From the NCBI RefSeq assembly GCF_036321535.1, contig NC_087437.1:98148001-98212000 (forward strand): 64,000 nucleotides of DNA, in the 5' to 3' direction. Below are positions 1 through 13,172 of this stretch, one piece after another. The position numbers and the translations under genes were made by a program. The notes beneath the pieces are model-generated. The model searched no databases. It had not been told where the DNA came from and saw nothing but the letters and a program-made list of their open reading frames with translations. The DNA comes from Camelus dromedarius. Its lineage: Eukaryota. The stretch's first letter is position 1, and each line of letters opens with the position of its first letter.

Positions 1-553
1 GAATGAAAAGAAGGGAAAAAATGGGAAGGCATTGCAGGTTACTGAACAATAACTTTTCCTTCTCCAGTTTGCCCAAGGCCAGCCCTGCAAGCCGTTTGAA
101 CTCAGCTCTTAAAAGCAGTTCTTCTGAACAAGCGATAAGGGATGGTGAAATAACCCCAGGAACATTGTAATTAAAGTTTTGTATAGGTGACTAAAGCAAT
201 TGTTAACTTTTTTCTTGCAAAAGTCAATGCCTTATGTCGTTCATCCTGACAAATTCAGAAAAAAAAAAAAATTTACACATCAAAGGTAGAACCTTTCTTG
301 CAAAGCAGTGTGTTTCCCCAGATACTTTTTTCAACCATTTTAGATGAGATTTTTCTTACCAAGTTTATTGGATGCCAGTTTTTCCAGGAGCATGCCCTCT
401 TTTATTCATTCAGCAGGAATTGTACCCATCAAACTTGCAATACAACTATTTTGCACGATGGTTGGATTGTGTGATTGGTTTAAATATATGTATACTGTCT
501 AGCTTTTATAACAGATAAGCCAGATAAACTGTTAATGCTTTCGAACTCTCTAG

Positions 554-713
554 GCTGTATGAATGATGGAGATTTCTGTGTTATCCCTGAGAAAGTTGCG
601 GATACGGAAAACAGGTTTAATCCTCTTTTTATGCTGTGCCTGTCTGTCGGGGGAACAAGTGCAGAGAATGACGATATAGCAGGAATAGCCACAGGCTTAA
701 TTTTCAAAGCCAG
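554..713 (+). CDS. Putative internal coding exon of an unidentified + strand gene: (G)CMNDGDFCVIPEKVADTENRFNPLFMLCLSVGGTSAENDDIAGIATGLIFKA
   Basis: Acceptor ctctctag|G at 553/554, donor CAG|gtaata at 713/714; 160 nt, phase 1 to 2; only one frame open; several CpGs retained; non-repetitive. Confidence 0.6.
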
Positions 714-1674
714 GTAATATTATGCAGTCACATATTTTTAATCTATTTAAAATATAAAATAACTCAATAAGCTGATACAGATAAAGTAACTGTTGTACCT
801 GATGAATAAGAGTTTTGTACAGGCTGGATTCAGGCCAGGTGAAATTTCCATTTGTTAGCATTGTTGCTGTCTAAGGTGTCAACATTTAGTAAAATTTTAA
901 TCTTTCAGTAAAAATAAACCAGTACTTTTTATGCAAGAAGGGACAATGATAAATATAGCCAGAGCCAATCTTTTAATTGTACCTGAAGGTGTTCTGTCAC
1001 CTGTATCTAATGTCTTCACTTCAGCTTTATGCTTTGGATTATATTCAGCTAGATTCATTTTAGCTTCTAATTACAATCACGATGTGTCTATACAAAGTGG
1101 AAAATGTGAGCATTTAGATTGTCCAAAAAACATAAAAGTGAGTTCAGCTGAAAATATGCAAGCAAGCCGTGTAGAATGAGGTATATTTGAGATGGAGATT
1201 CTATTAAATCACCTCCAGTTCCCTGTCTTTGTAAATATTTTTTTCTTCATTTTTATTTTCTTACAGTTTGTGGATTTGTGAATCTGGCTGCAGATTCTTT
1301 TTAAATTATCTTGAGGCATTTTGTTTATAAACCAGTTGGGGATAGCAAGGTTACCCATGCCTTTGACCCCTACTCTCAGAAAAGTGAAGATTTCTATGAT
1401 TGCATGATGACAAGTGTGCCTTACATAACCTGTTGTGAATGTTCATAGAAATAAAGCATCGCTCGAACCAGTTTCTCTTTGCCATATAAATGAAAGGCAT
1501 TCTGAGGCATCCTTTATGTGAAGGAAGTATCAAGGCAAAGAAATCCTACCAACACCACCCCCACCACACCCCACACTACCTACCCTGTGTGTCTTTCCTT
1601 CAGCGTCCTGGGAGGTAATTCATTTGTTAACTTCTGGTCACCTTACTGCTCACTTCCTGGTGTTTTATTTAAAC

Positions 1675-1812
1675 CAGGGTTTTCAGCCTAGCATCACCTG
1701 GAGCTTTTTAGAGATACATCTCAGCCTCATCTCAAACCTACTGAATCAGAATCTCCATTTTAATAAGATCCTCAGACGTTTGCAAAGACATTAACATTTG
1801 AGAAACTCTAAA
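1675..1812. mobile_element. MER5-family (hAT-Charlie) DNA transposon fossil
   Basis: catcacctggagc...actgaatcagaatctccattttaataagatcctcag...tttgagaaac motif string. Confidence 0.75.
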
Positions 1813-2316
1813 TAAGACCTCATTAGGCCATAACCTGACTTGCTATCCTCTAATTAAACCACACTCTCATTGGAAATACAAAGAAAGGGCTTCTCATACT
1901 CATGCACATTTCTGTAATTCTGCATGAGATCTGACCTCACCTGTCCTGACTCTCTATTGTCTCAATAGCCCAGGAATATCTTCAGAGTCTTCTCCTGACA
2001 TGGGCAACTTCCTACTCCAAATGCATGGCTCTTCTACAATGATGACAACTTGGGACACCAGTAAGGACAGGGGCAGGGAAGGCTTTTGAAATTGTTCCTT
2101 AAATCATATCATGTAAGCAAAAATGGAACCTACCAACATGTGAAGAAAGTCTTGTTCATATTTGCTTTCCTTGTAGAGGAAATAAATCAATCACAGCTCA
2201 TAGCCAATTCTCTTCTATTATAGGCTAGTCTTGACAGTGCATTTCAGGATAGCTTCTCGGCCTAGATCTTCAGGAAGAGCAGCCTGGGCCTCTCCATTTG
2301 GTATTGATTCTGAAAT

Positions 2317-4201
2317 CCTTTGCTTTTTTAATTTTTATAACCATTTTTACTGAAGTATAATTTACAATAATGTGCTAGTTTCAGGTGTACAATCTGATCT
2401 CTTACTTTCAAACGCATTTTAGATACCCTGCATTTGTACTCTCCTCCTCTGAAGATTACCGTTTTGGATATCATATTTTACATCTAATTATTGTGTGTAT
2501 CAGTTAATTGCTTATTGTGGCTATCAATGGTTTTACTCCTGTTGCCTTTGAACCTCCCTACTAGCTCTGTGTGTGAAAGATTTCCTGCCTTTACTGAATG
2601 TTTACTTTTACTGGTGAATTTTGCAGGGAAGTTTTCAGCTATTATTTCTTCAATTATGTTCTCAGGCCCTTTCTCCCTCTCTTCACCTTCTGGGACTCCT
2701 GTAATGCAAATATTAGTCTGTTTGATGTTATCCCAGAGGTTTGAAACTGTCCTCATTTCTTTTCATTCTTTTTTTTTTTTCAATTCAGCAACAGTGATTT
2801 CCACTACTCTGTTTTCCAACTCATTGATGTGTTCTTCTGCATTATTCAGTCTACTGTTGTTTCCTTCCAGTGTATTTTTCATTTCAGTTTTTGTATTTTT
2901 CAATTCTATTTGGTTATGCTTTATAATTTCTAATTCTTTGTTAAAAGCTTCTAACTTTTTGTTCTGCGCATCCATTCTCCCCCTGAGTTCTTCAGTCATC
3001 TTTACGATCTTTCTGGGGTGGATTGCCTATCTCCACATCACTTAGTTCTTCTTCTGGGGTTTTATCTTATTCCTTCATCTGAAACATATTTCTCTGTCTC
3101 CTCACTTTGTCTAAATTGCTATTTGTATTTTTATGTATGTGGTATGTTAGTTTCCTGAACTTGGAGGTGTCTCTCTGTAGGAGACATTCTATGAATCTCA
3201 GCAGTACACTCCCCTCTTGTCACCCAAGGATGAAGGGCCAGCCAGTCCCAGGGTAGTGTCTGGTCTGTGTTTGTGGACTCATGCTGCAGGCTGCAGGACT
3301 GTTGTTTTCATGCTTCTGGCATCTGCCCCCTGGTGGTTGAAGCTGGTCTGGAGGTTTATGTAGACTTCCTAGAGGGAAGGGCCAGTGACTGCCCACTGGT
3401 GGGTGGAGCTGGGTCTTGGCCCTCTGATGGGCAGGGCTGTGTCTAGGGGCTTGTCTAGAGGCAGCTGTGGGCTCAGGAAGTCTTTAGGCAGACTGTCTGC
3501 TGATGAATGGGCCTGTGTCCCTTCCCAGTTTGTTATTTGGCCTGAGGCATCCCAGCACTGGAACCTACAGGCTGTGTGGGGTCAAATCTTGGTGCCAAGA
3601 TGTCAGCTTCTAGGAGATCCCATGCAGATGAATGCTCCCCAATATGTCCTCCACCAGTGTCTATGTCCCCAGAATGAGTCAAAGCCACCCCCTCTCCACC
3701 TCCCCAGGAGACCCTCCAAGGCCAGCAGGTAGATCTGGCCCAGGCTCTTATCAAATCACTGCTTTTGCCCTTGGCCCAGTGCACGTGAGATTCCGTGTGC
3801 ACCCTTTGAGAGTGAAGTCTGTTTCCCCCAATCCTGTGGAGCTCCTGCAGTCAAGCTCCACTGGCCTTCAAAGCCAAAGGCTTCAGAAGCTCCTCTTCCT
3901 GTTGTTAGACCCCCAGGGAAGCCTGATGTGGGGCTTAGAACTTTCACTCCTGTGGGAGGACCTCTGTAATATAATAATTCTCGTTTGTGAGTCTCTCACC
4001 CAGGGGGTATGGGATTTGATTTTTATCATGAGCCCACCCCTCCTACCCATCTCACTGTGGTTCTTTCACGTCCTTAGTTGTAGATCTTTTCTGGTAGGTT
4101 CCAGTCTTTTCCTTCAATGGTCGTTCTGCAATAAGCTGTGATTTTGGTGTGTCAGTGAGAGGAGTCTAGGGTCCTTCTACTACGCCACATTGGCCACTCT
4201 C
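2317..4201 (-). mobile_element. Internally deleted L1 (5'UTR + partial ORF1 + extreme 3' end; half-L1-like), with TSD
   Basis: Minus-strand ORF1p motifs (MKNTLEGNNSRL...ENRVVEIT; LWDNIKQTNICITGVPEGEEREKGPENIIEEIIAENFP); GC-rich 5'UTR ~3060-4200; L1 3' terminus tgtacacctgaaact near 2340-2395; TSD tgattctgaaat at 2305-2316 and 4202-4213. Confidence 0.8.
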
Positions 4202-4469
4202 TGATTCTGAAATTATTGATAGAATTATCTTCTAAATTCTTAAAACAAGTATAACTCATCCTCAGAAGGGCATCGATTCTTTTTCCTTTATAAAAATGGC
4301 AAGTAATTATTTACTACAACAATGAAAATGATTCTGCCAAGAGCAATTCACTCTCACTTTGCCCAAGCTGAATGAGTACAGGCAATTCTACAGTCCTCCT
4401 CACCCTTACACCTCCTGAGAATAGCTCTTCCTTTTTCTTTCCTCTTCTCCATTCCTGCTATGACTGTCA

Positions 4470-4710
4470 TGCCTGTGTTCTTATTCTTATTGTAGACTAT
4501 TGCTATCATCTCTTAATTATTCTCTCTGACTCTAAATGCAGTCCTTTCTCTTCACTCCCCACACTTTCTAAAATATGCATCTGGTCATGTCACATTTTGT
4601 TCCAACATTTTCCAATGGCTCCCATACCATCTGCTTAATGATATACAAACCTGTTAGTAAGCCATGCAAGGGTTTACTTGGTCAAGCCACTACCTTTCTG
4701 TGCAGTCCCA
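4470..4710 (+). mobile_element. LINE-2 fragment
   Basis: ctggtcatgtcacatttt...ttccaatggctcccat matches L2 3' region. Confidence 0.6.
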
Positions 4711-4832
4711 TGTCTGCAAGAAAATAAGACTTCATTAAACCATTCTGATCAACTATGCCTTAATTAATCAGCACTCAGATTAAGAATATAAAGGAGGGCT
4801 CCTCCAATTCATTTATCTTTTAGCAGTTTATT

Positions 4833-4970
4833 ACAGTGCTCAAACCTCAATGTGCATGTGAGTGCAGATTCTGATTCATTACATCTGATATGCAACTGGA
4901 GATTCTGCTTTTGTAAGAAATCCTCAGGTGAGGTCCATGCTGCTGGACCACATGTTTTAGCAAGGATTTA
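4833..4970. mobile_element. MER5-family DNA transposon fossil
   Basis: gcagattctgattca...gagattctgc...caggtgaggtccatgctgctggaccaca. Confidence 0.7.
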
Positions 4971-7875
4971 AGGTTCAATAATAATTGTGAACCTTCCTAG
5001 GAATGAACCTTCCTCATATTACTAAAGCTCCAGAGCACCCTCATTGTGTTATTCAGATCCATGGATCAGAGGGCAGTAAAGATGAAGCAAAGCTAACCAT
5101 GTGGCATGCTGTTTTAGAGAGGTCTAGAGGTAGTAATTTTAAAGACATTCTTGGGCCCATCCACTTCTAAACAGATGCAAGGAAGCAAAGAGGAAAAGGT
5201 GGTTGGATGATATCAGAAGTTGCTTCAGAAGGATACAGTAGCAACACTCCAGAAATTAAAGCTGGTCCCAACCTAGCTTAAGTGATGGAAAAACAAGTGC
5301 CTCTGGATGGTAACAAACTTATTTTGAATAGACAGCTTCTATAAGACAAAACTTTATACAGATTCTTTTGCATTCCTCACAACACTGAAGATAGTACCCT
5401 GCATTAAATAGAGGTAAAATACATGTGGAATGAATGAATGGGTGAATTTTCTTTATTGTACAAGATAACTGGAAGCTTTCTGGATTTAAGTGTCTTGGAT
5501 GACCTATTAGTTATGGCAGATTGTTTAGGCTTTATTCAACTGCTTTTGATAAGCACTGAGTTATGCTGGCTTATGTAGGATAAAAAGATTCAAGAAAAAT
5601 ACACATCACATAAACTGCCTTTTAACTGAGTGGGATGGCTGGCATTTAAGCACTGTGGTTTTTATGTTCTGTGCAGGTTGTCTGCCACAGTCTAGCTGAA
5701 GTTTAATACTAAATAATGTTAAGTATGTGAATTTGGGAGAGAATTTGCATTTATATCGCATATGGTTTGTTACCCAAATAGAATTGAGTGGCTACATTTT
5801 TTCCATTTTTTTCATGTCTTATTTTGTTAATCATTCCAAACACATTTGTTCCATTCCATAAAAATGAGCAGCTTACCTTCCACCTTTGTGAAATTACTGT
5901 TAATCATTCTCTAATGTCTGCATTATCCCATTTAAACCGTTCCCCTGTGGTTTTACAATTCCTTCTGCTCACTAATCCAACAGGAGGAATGATGTGCAAA
6001 CAGGCAAATATAGAGAAACAAATAGGTTTTTCTTGTGACTCTTCATTATAAGCCTTGTCAGCAACATTAGAGTTTCTCAAATTGTTATTTAAGAGTCAAA
6101 TAAATCTATGGATAGAGCATCTGAGCCAACAGGCTTGGAATTTGTCCAAGTGGTGATATAAGCCCTATATAAAATAGAAGATGTTTTTATATCCATGATC
6201 CACCCCCACTTCCTGCACCTAACCTTAATCTTAACTGAGAGGACGTTAATCTTAAAACTTGATCATGGTTAAAGAATAACTGGAAACATGTGAGACATGT
6301 CATGGAAAGAGAAAATGCATATAATTTCTCAAGACCTATGTCCCTCTTACTACCCAAACTTTTCTCAGGTGACAAAGGATTGCATATCTCCACATAATTG
6401 TTTCATGGGTAAATCCACCAATAACTATTGCCAAATATCTGCATGGAGTATAGAAACATCTAATCAGTTAGCTGGATATTTCTCAAATATTAAGATGTTT
6501 GGGGTTATGTAAGTAAATATTTAGATATTTAACTAGAATTTATCATTCTATGTGAGTGCTTTGTATTTTGTACACAAATATTTGAATATGCATTTTGGAC
6601 TGAAATTTTATCTGGCTTTCCAGGATTGTATAGCTGTAACATTACATATCTATGATCATGTCACTTTTATTTTATGCATAAATGCTGCAATTTACCCAAT
6701 TGGTAAATTAAAGATAAGCACATTCCAGTCTACACTGATACTATGTAGCTGTTAAGCCAGTATCACCTGATAACATTCACTGGGGCTACGGAAGGAGACA
6801 GAACAAGAATGCTGAGGAGGGTGTACATTTCATTTGTTCATTTTCTTTCTAATAGTCCTTGGAGATGCAAAGTTGGGGAAAAGTATGCAAGGATAATGAT
6901 AAAATAAGAAGCTGACTAAATACCAGAAGTACCAATGCCACGCTTAAATCCTGAAATAAAACCTTTATCTTCTCCATCACCTAGGACACAAGAAACTTTC
7001 TCATCTCAGTAAAGATTACTCTTTCAATGCCACAGTCCTAAATTCTCTTTTTTTGTTCTGTATGTCTAGGGTCCTCACAGTGATGTCACGCTATGATTAT
7101 GCTCAAGTGTGGGTCAGTAGGAAGGGAGAATGCCCCCTATTGGCTTCGCCTTGCTTTGTGGGAAGCCACAGAGGGATGCCAAAGATTACCACGTGTATCA
7201 TGCCATGCCTCTGTCCATTAGACAGCCCACTTGACGACCATCAGAGGGAAAAATGATCCAAACATGAAATATCCCACTGCTAATTTTCTCCCCCACCATA
7301 TACTGAGATCCTATCTTGTGGTACATTTTCCTTTGAAACTTTTTGTTGTTTTGTATCTGCTAGAGAGTTCAAGGGGTCCTGTCTATTACCCGTTTCCTAT
7401 AGCTCTCTCTTTTTTAGCTCTCACGATTTAACTAGGCATGGTATTACACACTCGGGCCCATGAAGTGACAAAGATTTAATTCCCTGTTTTAAAATTATCT
7501 ATACTTCTGTTTTCCTTCTGTTGAACCAGCCTTGGCCATGGTGTGGTTGATGAACATCAGAGAGTCGTATTTCTTTGTATCAACGTGAAAGGGAGTTTAT
7601 CCTAGAGGCATTACCTTATTTGAACATTTGGACTCAATTATAGTTATAATACTATTACAAATCACGGAGAGAAATACTTACAATGTAAAGCTCAGTGGTT
7701 TAAAAAAAAGATATAAAAATGTATACACAAAATGATGTGATTTTTTAAAAAAAGTGCATAAAATAAAGACTATAAGTATTTACAAAAAAACACAGGTACA
7801 GAACACATGTGTAAACTGAAGCCCCCTTCATCTCTGCTGGTGCCCTTATTTCTGACGTTCTTTTTTAAACTACAG

Positions 7876-7966
7876 CGCCGCTGACATCAACTCTTATACT
7901 CCTGATCGTATCTCTGCTGAAGTCTTTTATAGACAACCCTTTTCTACGATATACACCTCATTATAA
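7876..7966 (+). CDS. Putative terminal coding exon of the same gene: (S)AADINSYTPDRISAEVFYRQPFSTIYTSL*
   Basis: Acceptor ttcttttttaaactacag|C; phase-2 entry matches the exon 554-713 exit; TAA at 7964-7966; CpG-retaining; AATAAA downstream. Confidence 0.5.
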
Positions 7967-8305
7967 AAATCAAATTTCTGGCTGTCAGAAAGAAATGGAG
8001 TGCAGCAAGCTGGGAACGAGTTCTCTGACATACTGAGATGGCATGTCAGCCTGGAGGTGGAACTCCCGAAACAGAAAGTTGGAATTATAGATACCACCTA
8101 CATTCATTCATAAATAGAAGAAATAATGGTGGTACAGAACAATGATCTTCAAGTTGTGGTGCACAAAGATTCTAAACAGTATTTTAATTTTAAAAAGTTG
8201 ATTTATGGCTGAAGATATCACAGTTCACCAGGACTCATTTCCTTCTGACACCATAAATTAATTTCACATTTATCTTATTTGAAAACACAGAAATATTCAT
8301 GATTT

Positions 8306-8311
8306 AATAAA
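8306..8311 (+). promoter_or_regulatory. Candidate polyadenylation signal for the + strand gene
   Basis: AATAAA 340 nt after the putative stop codon. Confidence 0.3.
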
Positions 8312-9194
8312 ATGAAATATAGTGGTTCAGCTCCCTTCAGAAGGAGGTTCTGCCAGTTTCCTTAATGCTCTACTTCTAATCGTGTTAACACTAGTTACTT
8401 TTGCTATTTAAACTTTAATCTGCCCTTTCGGCCAGTTTGAAGTGATATGTAGGTATCGTGTGTAGATTTGATTGTTAACTAATTATGAATTGAAGTTCCT
8501 TAGAACATTTACATAAATTCGGATCACGTGAAAAGAACTAAAAATTAGACTTATGAGCTTCATAAATCATTTTGTCTGCATTCGCTCTTTATTAATGTGT
8601 TCATTTTTTGAAAGAATTGATGAATTCTTCTTTTACTCATCTCCCTCCACCCTCTATTCTCTCACCATCAGCATTTAACACACTGCTTTCTTATGAGCAG
8701 TAAATGAATGTATGTGTCTGTTAGCGTATGTAGGTGTGTTTCTTTCTCATTAATGAGAAGCAGGATGGAGTGTCCATCCCTGGAGAGCTTCAGGAAAAGA
8801 ATAAAACCTATGTTTTGTATGATGCATTATTCCCCTCAGGATCCTGGGCCAGATGATCTCTTAAAGTCAGTTTTTGATCTATAACTAAATGATCAGTGAG
8901 CCAGCTTCAGGTCGCCCTGTGCTATTTAGTACATAGCACTATTGCTCAAGAGTACTAAATGGTGCCCCTGGGCTCTGAAAAAATTAATGTACAACCCTGA
9001 GGGTCCAAATTACTGCCAGGAGTGATTTAGGTAATGGGAAGTAAATTCTATTAATATCTAGTTAAGTAGTTAATCAGCAAGTAAAACAATAATAATAAAA
9101 AATAAAAGAGTTAAAATTGTTTTCTCATTCTGTCCTCCATGGAAAGAAGAATCTGTTAGGTGCGCCCCTCATAAAAATCTTCAATAAATTTTAA

Positions 9195-9365
9195 ACTAGT
9201 GATTAAGACTTCCCTTGGGCTTCTCATCTCTAAACTAAACACACCTTATTCCTTTAATATTTGCACTAAGATCTATTTCCACTCCTTTAATCACCTTCAT
9301 TGCTCTTTGCAGTGTTCTCTTCAGTTTATCCACATCTTTATCAATGTGATGATCCATAATGTTAA
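9195..9365 (-). mobile_element. CR1/L3 LINE fragment
   Basis: cttctcatctctaaactaaacaca...tcctttaatcaccttcattgctct...cagtttatccacatctt, typical antisense L3 ORF2 end. Confidence 0.65.
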
Positions 9366-12345
9366 TCCGATGAAAGACTAGAATATACTGTAAGAAGTCA
9401 TAAATGGCAGATCTTTAGTTTTTGCAATGACTAATTGAAATCCTGGGTAGCCCTTCCATTAAGTTATGATAGTACCTAAAATTTCTCTGATTTATGTACC
9501 AAGCTGATGAACCAGGTACTGTTTAAAGATAATAGTTTTGAGAATGAAGCATTTTGCTAACCACGGGAAGGTAAAGCAATGCATGCAGTCATATTGGATG
9601 ACCTACTGTAGCATAAAAATACACGTCTAAGTCTGCTAGACCGATAACTATTGGTGTGCAGACAGAGTGGCTTCTCCCTCAGTAGTCACATCTACCTGTG
9701 AAAGAATCCTGACTCTAATAAAAGAACACAAGCTCACTGTAAATTGTACTTCAGTGTTGGTGTGATAGTCTCTGTTTGGTACTTCTTACTATCTCATTTT
9801 TAATAAGTTTGTCAGTAATTTGGCCAATTAGTGTTCCTGGAAATATTCATTACTGTAGTTAAAACAAAACTAGGGAAAAACCAAAAAAAGCCACATGCAA
9901 GAGAAGGATACATGACACACTTCCTCACTCAGTCGTCTGGTTGCTGCTTGCTCTCCCTAGGACAAGCAATTTCTTGATAGACTTGATAGATAGGAAATAC
10001 TAGTTGTCTGAACATATTCAGTGTCCCTAAGGAAAGTAAAAAAGAATTACATGCTCTGTAAAACAATGCCTCGGATCAGGGCTTCGTGTGAAATTCATCA
10101 GGATCTGTTTGTTTTGACATTTTAAGAACCAGTAATGCTCAGAGTTCCCTGCCACTATCTAACTGCACTCAATCTGTTTCCAAATGGGAGAGTTAAAGTT
10201 GAATGTATGACTCAGAACAGCTATTTTGAAAAAAATAGTTCAACAAAATATGGCCTCACTGAACTTCACCATTGGTAAGGAGAGAGGAAAGGAATCCAGT
10301 CAATAAAGACCCAAAATGGATGGCCCTGTCCTTCTTCCCAACTCAGGTCTCTTTACGGCTGTGATACATTTTCACTCCTCCATGATGTAATTATATCCTG
10401 TTGAGGCACAGCACTCTCCATCACTTCAGTAGCTCCTTTAGTTCCTGAAGTTACTGTCTTTCTCCAAGTAAGAAAGAACTTAAAGGAAGGTGGCCAGTGA
10501 GAGGAAGGAGTGTCAAGCCATCAGGCCCACCTCCATAACCCGGTGTATGACATCAACAGTTTTATTCACATGAGGACAACTGATTCTCCTTAGAAGACTG
10601 GTAAAGAACACTTTGGAGAACATCCTACTGAAACTCAAAAAAGAGGAGATAAAATCTATCCTAACCCTATGAGGAAAGTAACTCACAAAATAGGTGAAAA
10701 TCAAAGGAATTGACGCTCATCCTGGGGCAACAGGTGTGGTCAATTTATTGTGATTAAATGTCACTGAGGAAAGACATAGCTGTACATAGTTACTTAGGTC
10801 TAATGGAATATAAGGCTACCCTTTGGGGAACTTAGGAAAAGAGCTGAAACTTTGTTGGTAACAGACTTTACTTCCACAGTAAAATCCGTAAAGTCATCAC
10901 AGGTATCACTGGCAATGTTAGACTTCCACACCTAGATATATCAGACTCAGATTGTTGAAAGACAAAGAGGTTCTTGAAAGCAACAAGAAAGAAATAACTC
11001 ATCATGTATAAGAGATCTTCATTAAGATTAACAGCTGACTTCTTATCAGAAACCACTGAGGCCAGAAGGCAGTAGGATAATATATTCAAAGTGCAAAAGA
11101 AAACAACTATCAACCAAGAATTCTGTATACAACAAAATTACCCTTCAAACATAAGACATTCCCAGATAAATTAAAACAGTACTACCACTAGAAATACTAA
11201 AGGGAGTCCTTCAGACTGAAATGAAAGGATACTGGAAAGTAACTTGAATTCAAGTGAAGAAATTAAGAAAAAAAAAGTGCATAAAAGCTAATTTTAGAAA
11301 CTCATAAAAAAGGGGGTAGGAAGGCTCTGAATTGAAGCCCACTGTGTACATTCCCTTTTTTGTTAAGGACCATAAAGAAAGAAAATTGGATTAAAATGAC
11401 TAAGAGTTCTTGGAATATTTCCTGCAAGTGCCAATAATTATAGATTTTGGTTTCTATGGCTCTCATGGCTCTAATCTTCAGTAGCTTATTACAATGAACA
11501 ACACAACGTAAGACATTTTCCCTACAGCACACATTTAGCTTCCTCACATTATAGGCTAGGGGCCAAGATTCTAGTTCAAATACATTAGGTTTAAGTGATG
11601 TGATAGAAACCACAGGACACGTGAGAGTTGTCAAATACTACACTGTCCATGCTACTGAGCTAGACTGTACCAGAAAGAGGCCAGCTTTTAAGACTTCCAG
11701 CTCTCGTCTCCTACAATTCTGAAGTAGATCACTGAGTCCATCTTTATTAAATGTGTATTTTAATGACAGGCTTACAAGAGTGTTTGTTGTTGTTTGTGGT
11801 GGTGGTGTGAAGGAAAAAAAAGATAAGAAAAGAAAGAAAAAGAAAGAAAGAAACATGGGCTAAGGTAGCTATATAGGTAAATATAAAAGTATGTATTTTT
11901 AGTTTTAACTCTTTTCTTCTCTCTGATTTAAAAAACAACTGCCTAAAGCAATATGATAAAACTATGTTGATAGGCTTATAATGAATAAATATGTAAGTTG
12001 TTTGACAATAATAGCACAAAGGGAGGTAAGGAAACAGAGCTACATAGGAGCAAAGTTTTTTATATGATTGAAATGAATATGGCATCAATCTGAACTAGAT
12101 AGTTATAAATTAAGTGTTCATGGTACTCCCTAGGGCAACCACTGAGAAAATAATTCAAAAAAGTATAGCACAAAAAAATGAGAAGGGAACTAAAGTGGTA
12201 TACTAGAAAATCTCTAACACAAAAAAGGCAATAATGGAGGGATATAGGAGTGAGAAAAACATAGACAAGGCCTAGGAAACCAATATCAAAGTTTAAGATG
12301 TAAATGCATAATTTATATTAAGGATAATTACATTAAATGTAGATG

Positions 12346-13129
12346 TATTAATTGCTGAGTCATATAGTAATTCTATTTTTAGTTTTTTGAGAGACCTCTA
12401 TACTGTTTTTCACTGTGTCTGTGTCAATTTACATTCCCATCAACAGAGTACAACAGTTCCCTTCTCTCCACATCTGGGCTGATGTTTGTTATTTGTGTTC
12501 TTTCTGATGATATCCATTCTGACTGGTATGAAGGGGCATCTCGCTGTAGTTTTCATTTACATTTCTTTGATGATTAGAAACGTTGAGCGTCTTTCATGTG
12601 CCTGTTGGCCATCTGCATTTGTTCTTTGGAAAATGTCTTTTCAGTTCTTCTGTTCATCTTTTAATTGGATTGTTTGGGTTTTTTAATATTGATTTGTATG
12701 AGTTGTTTATATATGTTGGATATTAACCCCTTATCAGTCGTATCATTTGCAAATATTTTCACCCATTCAGGAGGTTGTCTATTCGTTTTGTCAACGGCTT
12801 CCTTTGTTGTGCAAAAGCCTTTAAGTTTAATTAGGTTCCATTTATTTATTTTTGCCTTTGTTTCCTTTGCTTTAGGAGATGGATCCAAAAAATATTGCTG
12901 CAATTTGTCAAAGAGTGTTCTGTCTATGTTTTCCTCTAGGAGTTTTATAGTATCTGACCTTACATTTAGGTCTTTAATCCATTTTGAGTTTAGCAATTCC
13001 ACTCCTGGCTCTATATTTGAACAAATAAAAACACTAATTTGAAAAGATACATGTTCATGGCAGCATTATTTACAATTACCAAGGTATGGAAGCAAACTGT
13101 TTATCAACAGATAAATGGATAAAGAAGAT

Positions 13130-13172
<43 letters not shown>

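Noticed and set aside
556..590. CMNDGDFC resembling an EGF/neuregulin motif
   Set aside because: The remaining EGF cysteines are absent; no gene symbol assigned.
2491..4141. Long + strand ORFs (184, 115, 169 aa)
   Set aside because: Antisense readings of L1 ORF1 and the L1 5'UTR; not host genes.
8895..9005. Imperfect inverted repeat (atttagtac...gtactaaat ggtgcccctg)
   Set aside because: Probably a small MER91-like hAT fossil; too degenerate to call and not novel.
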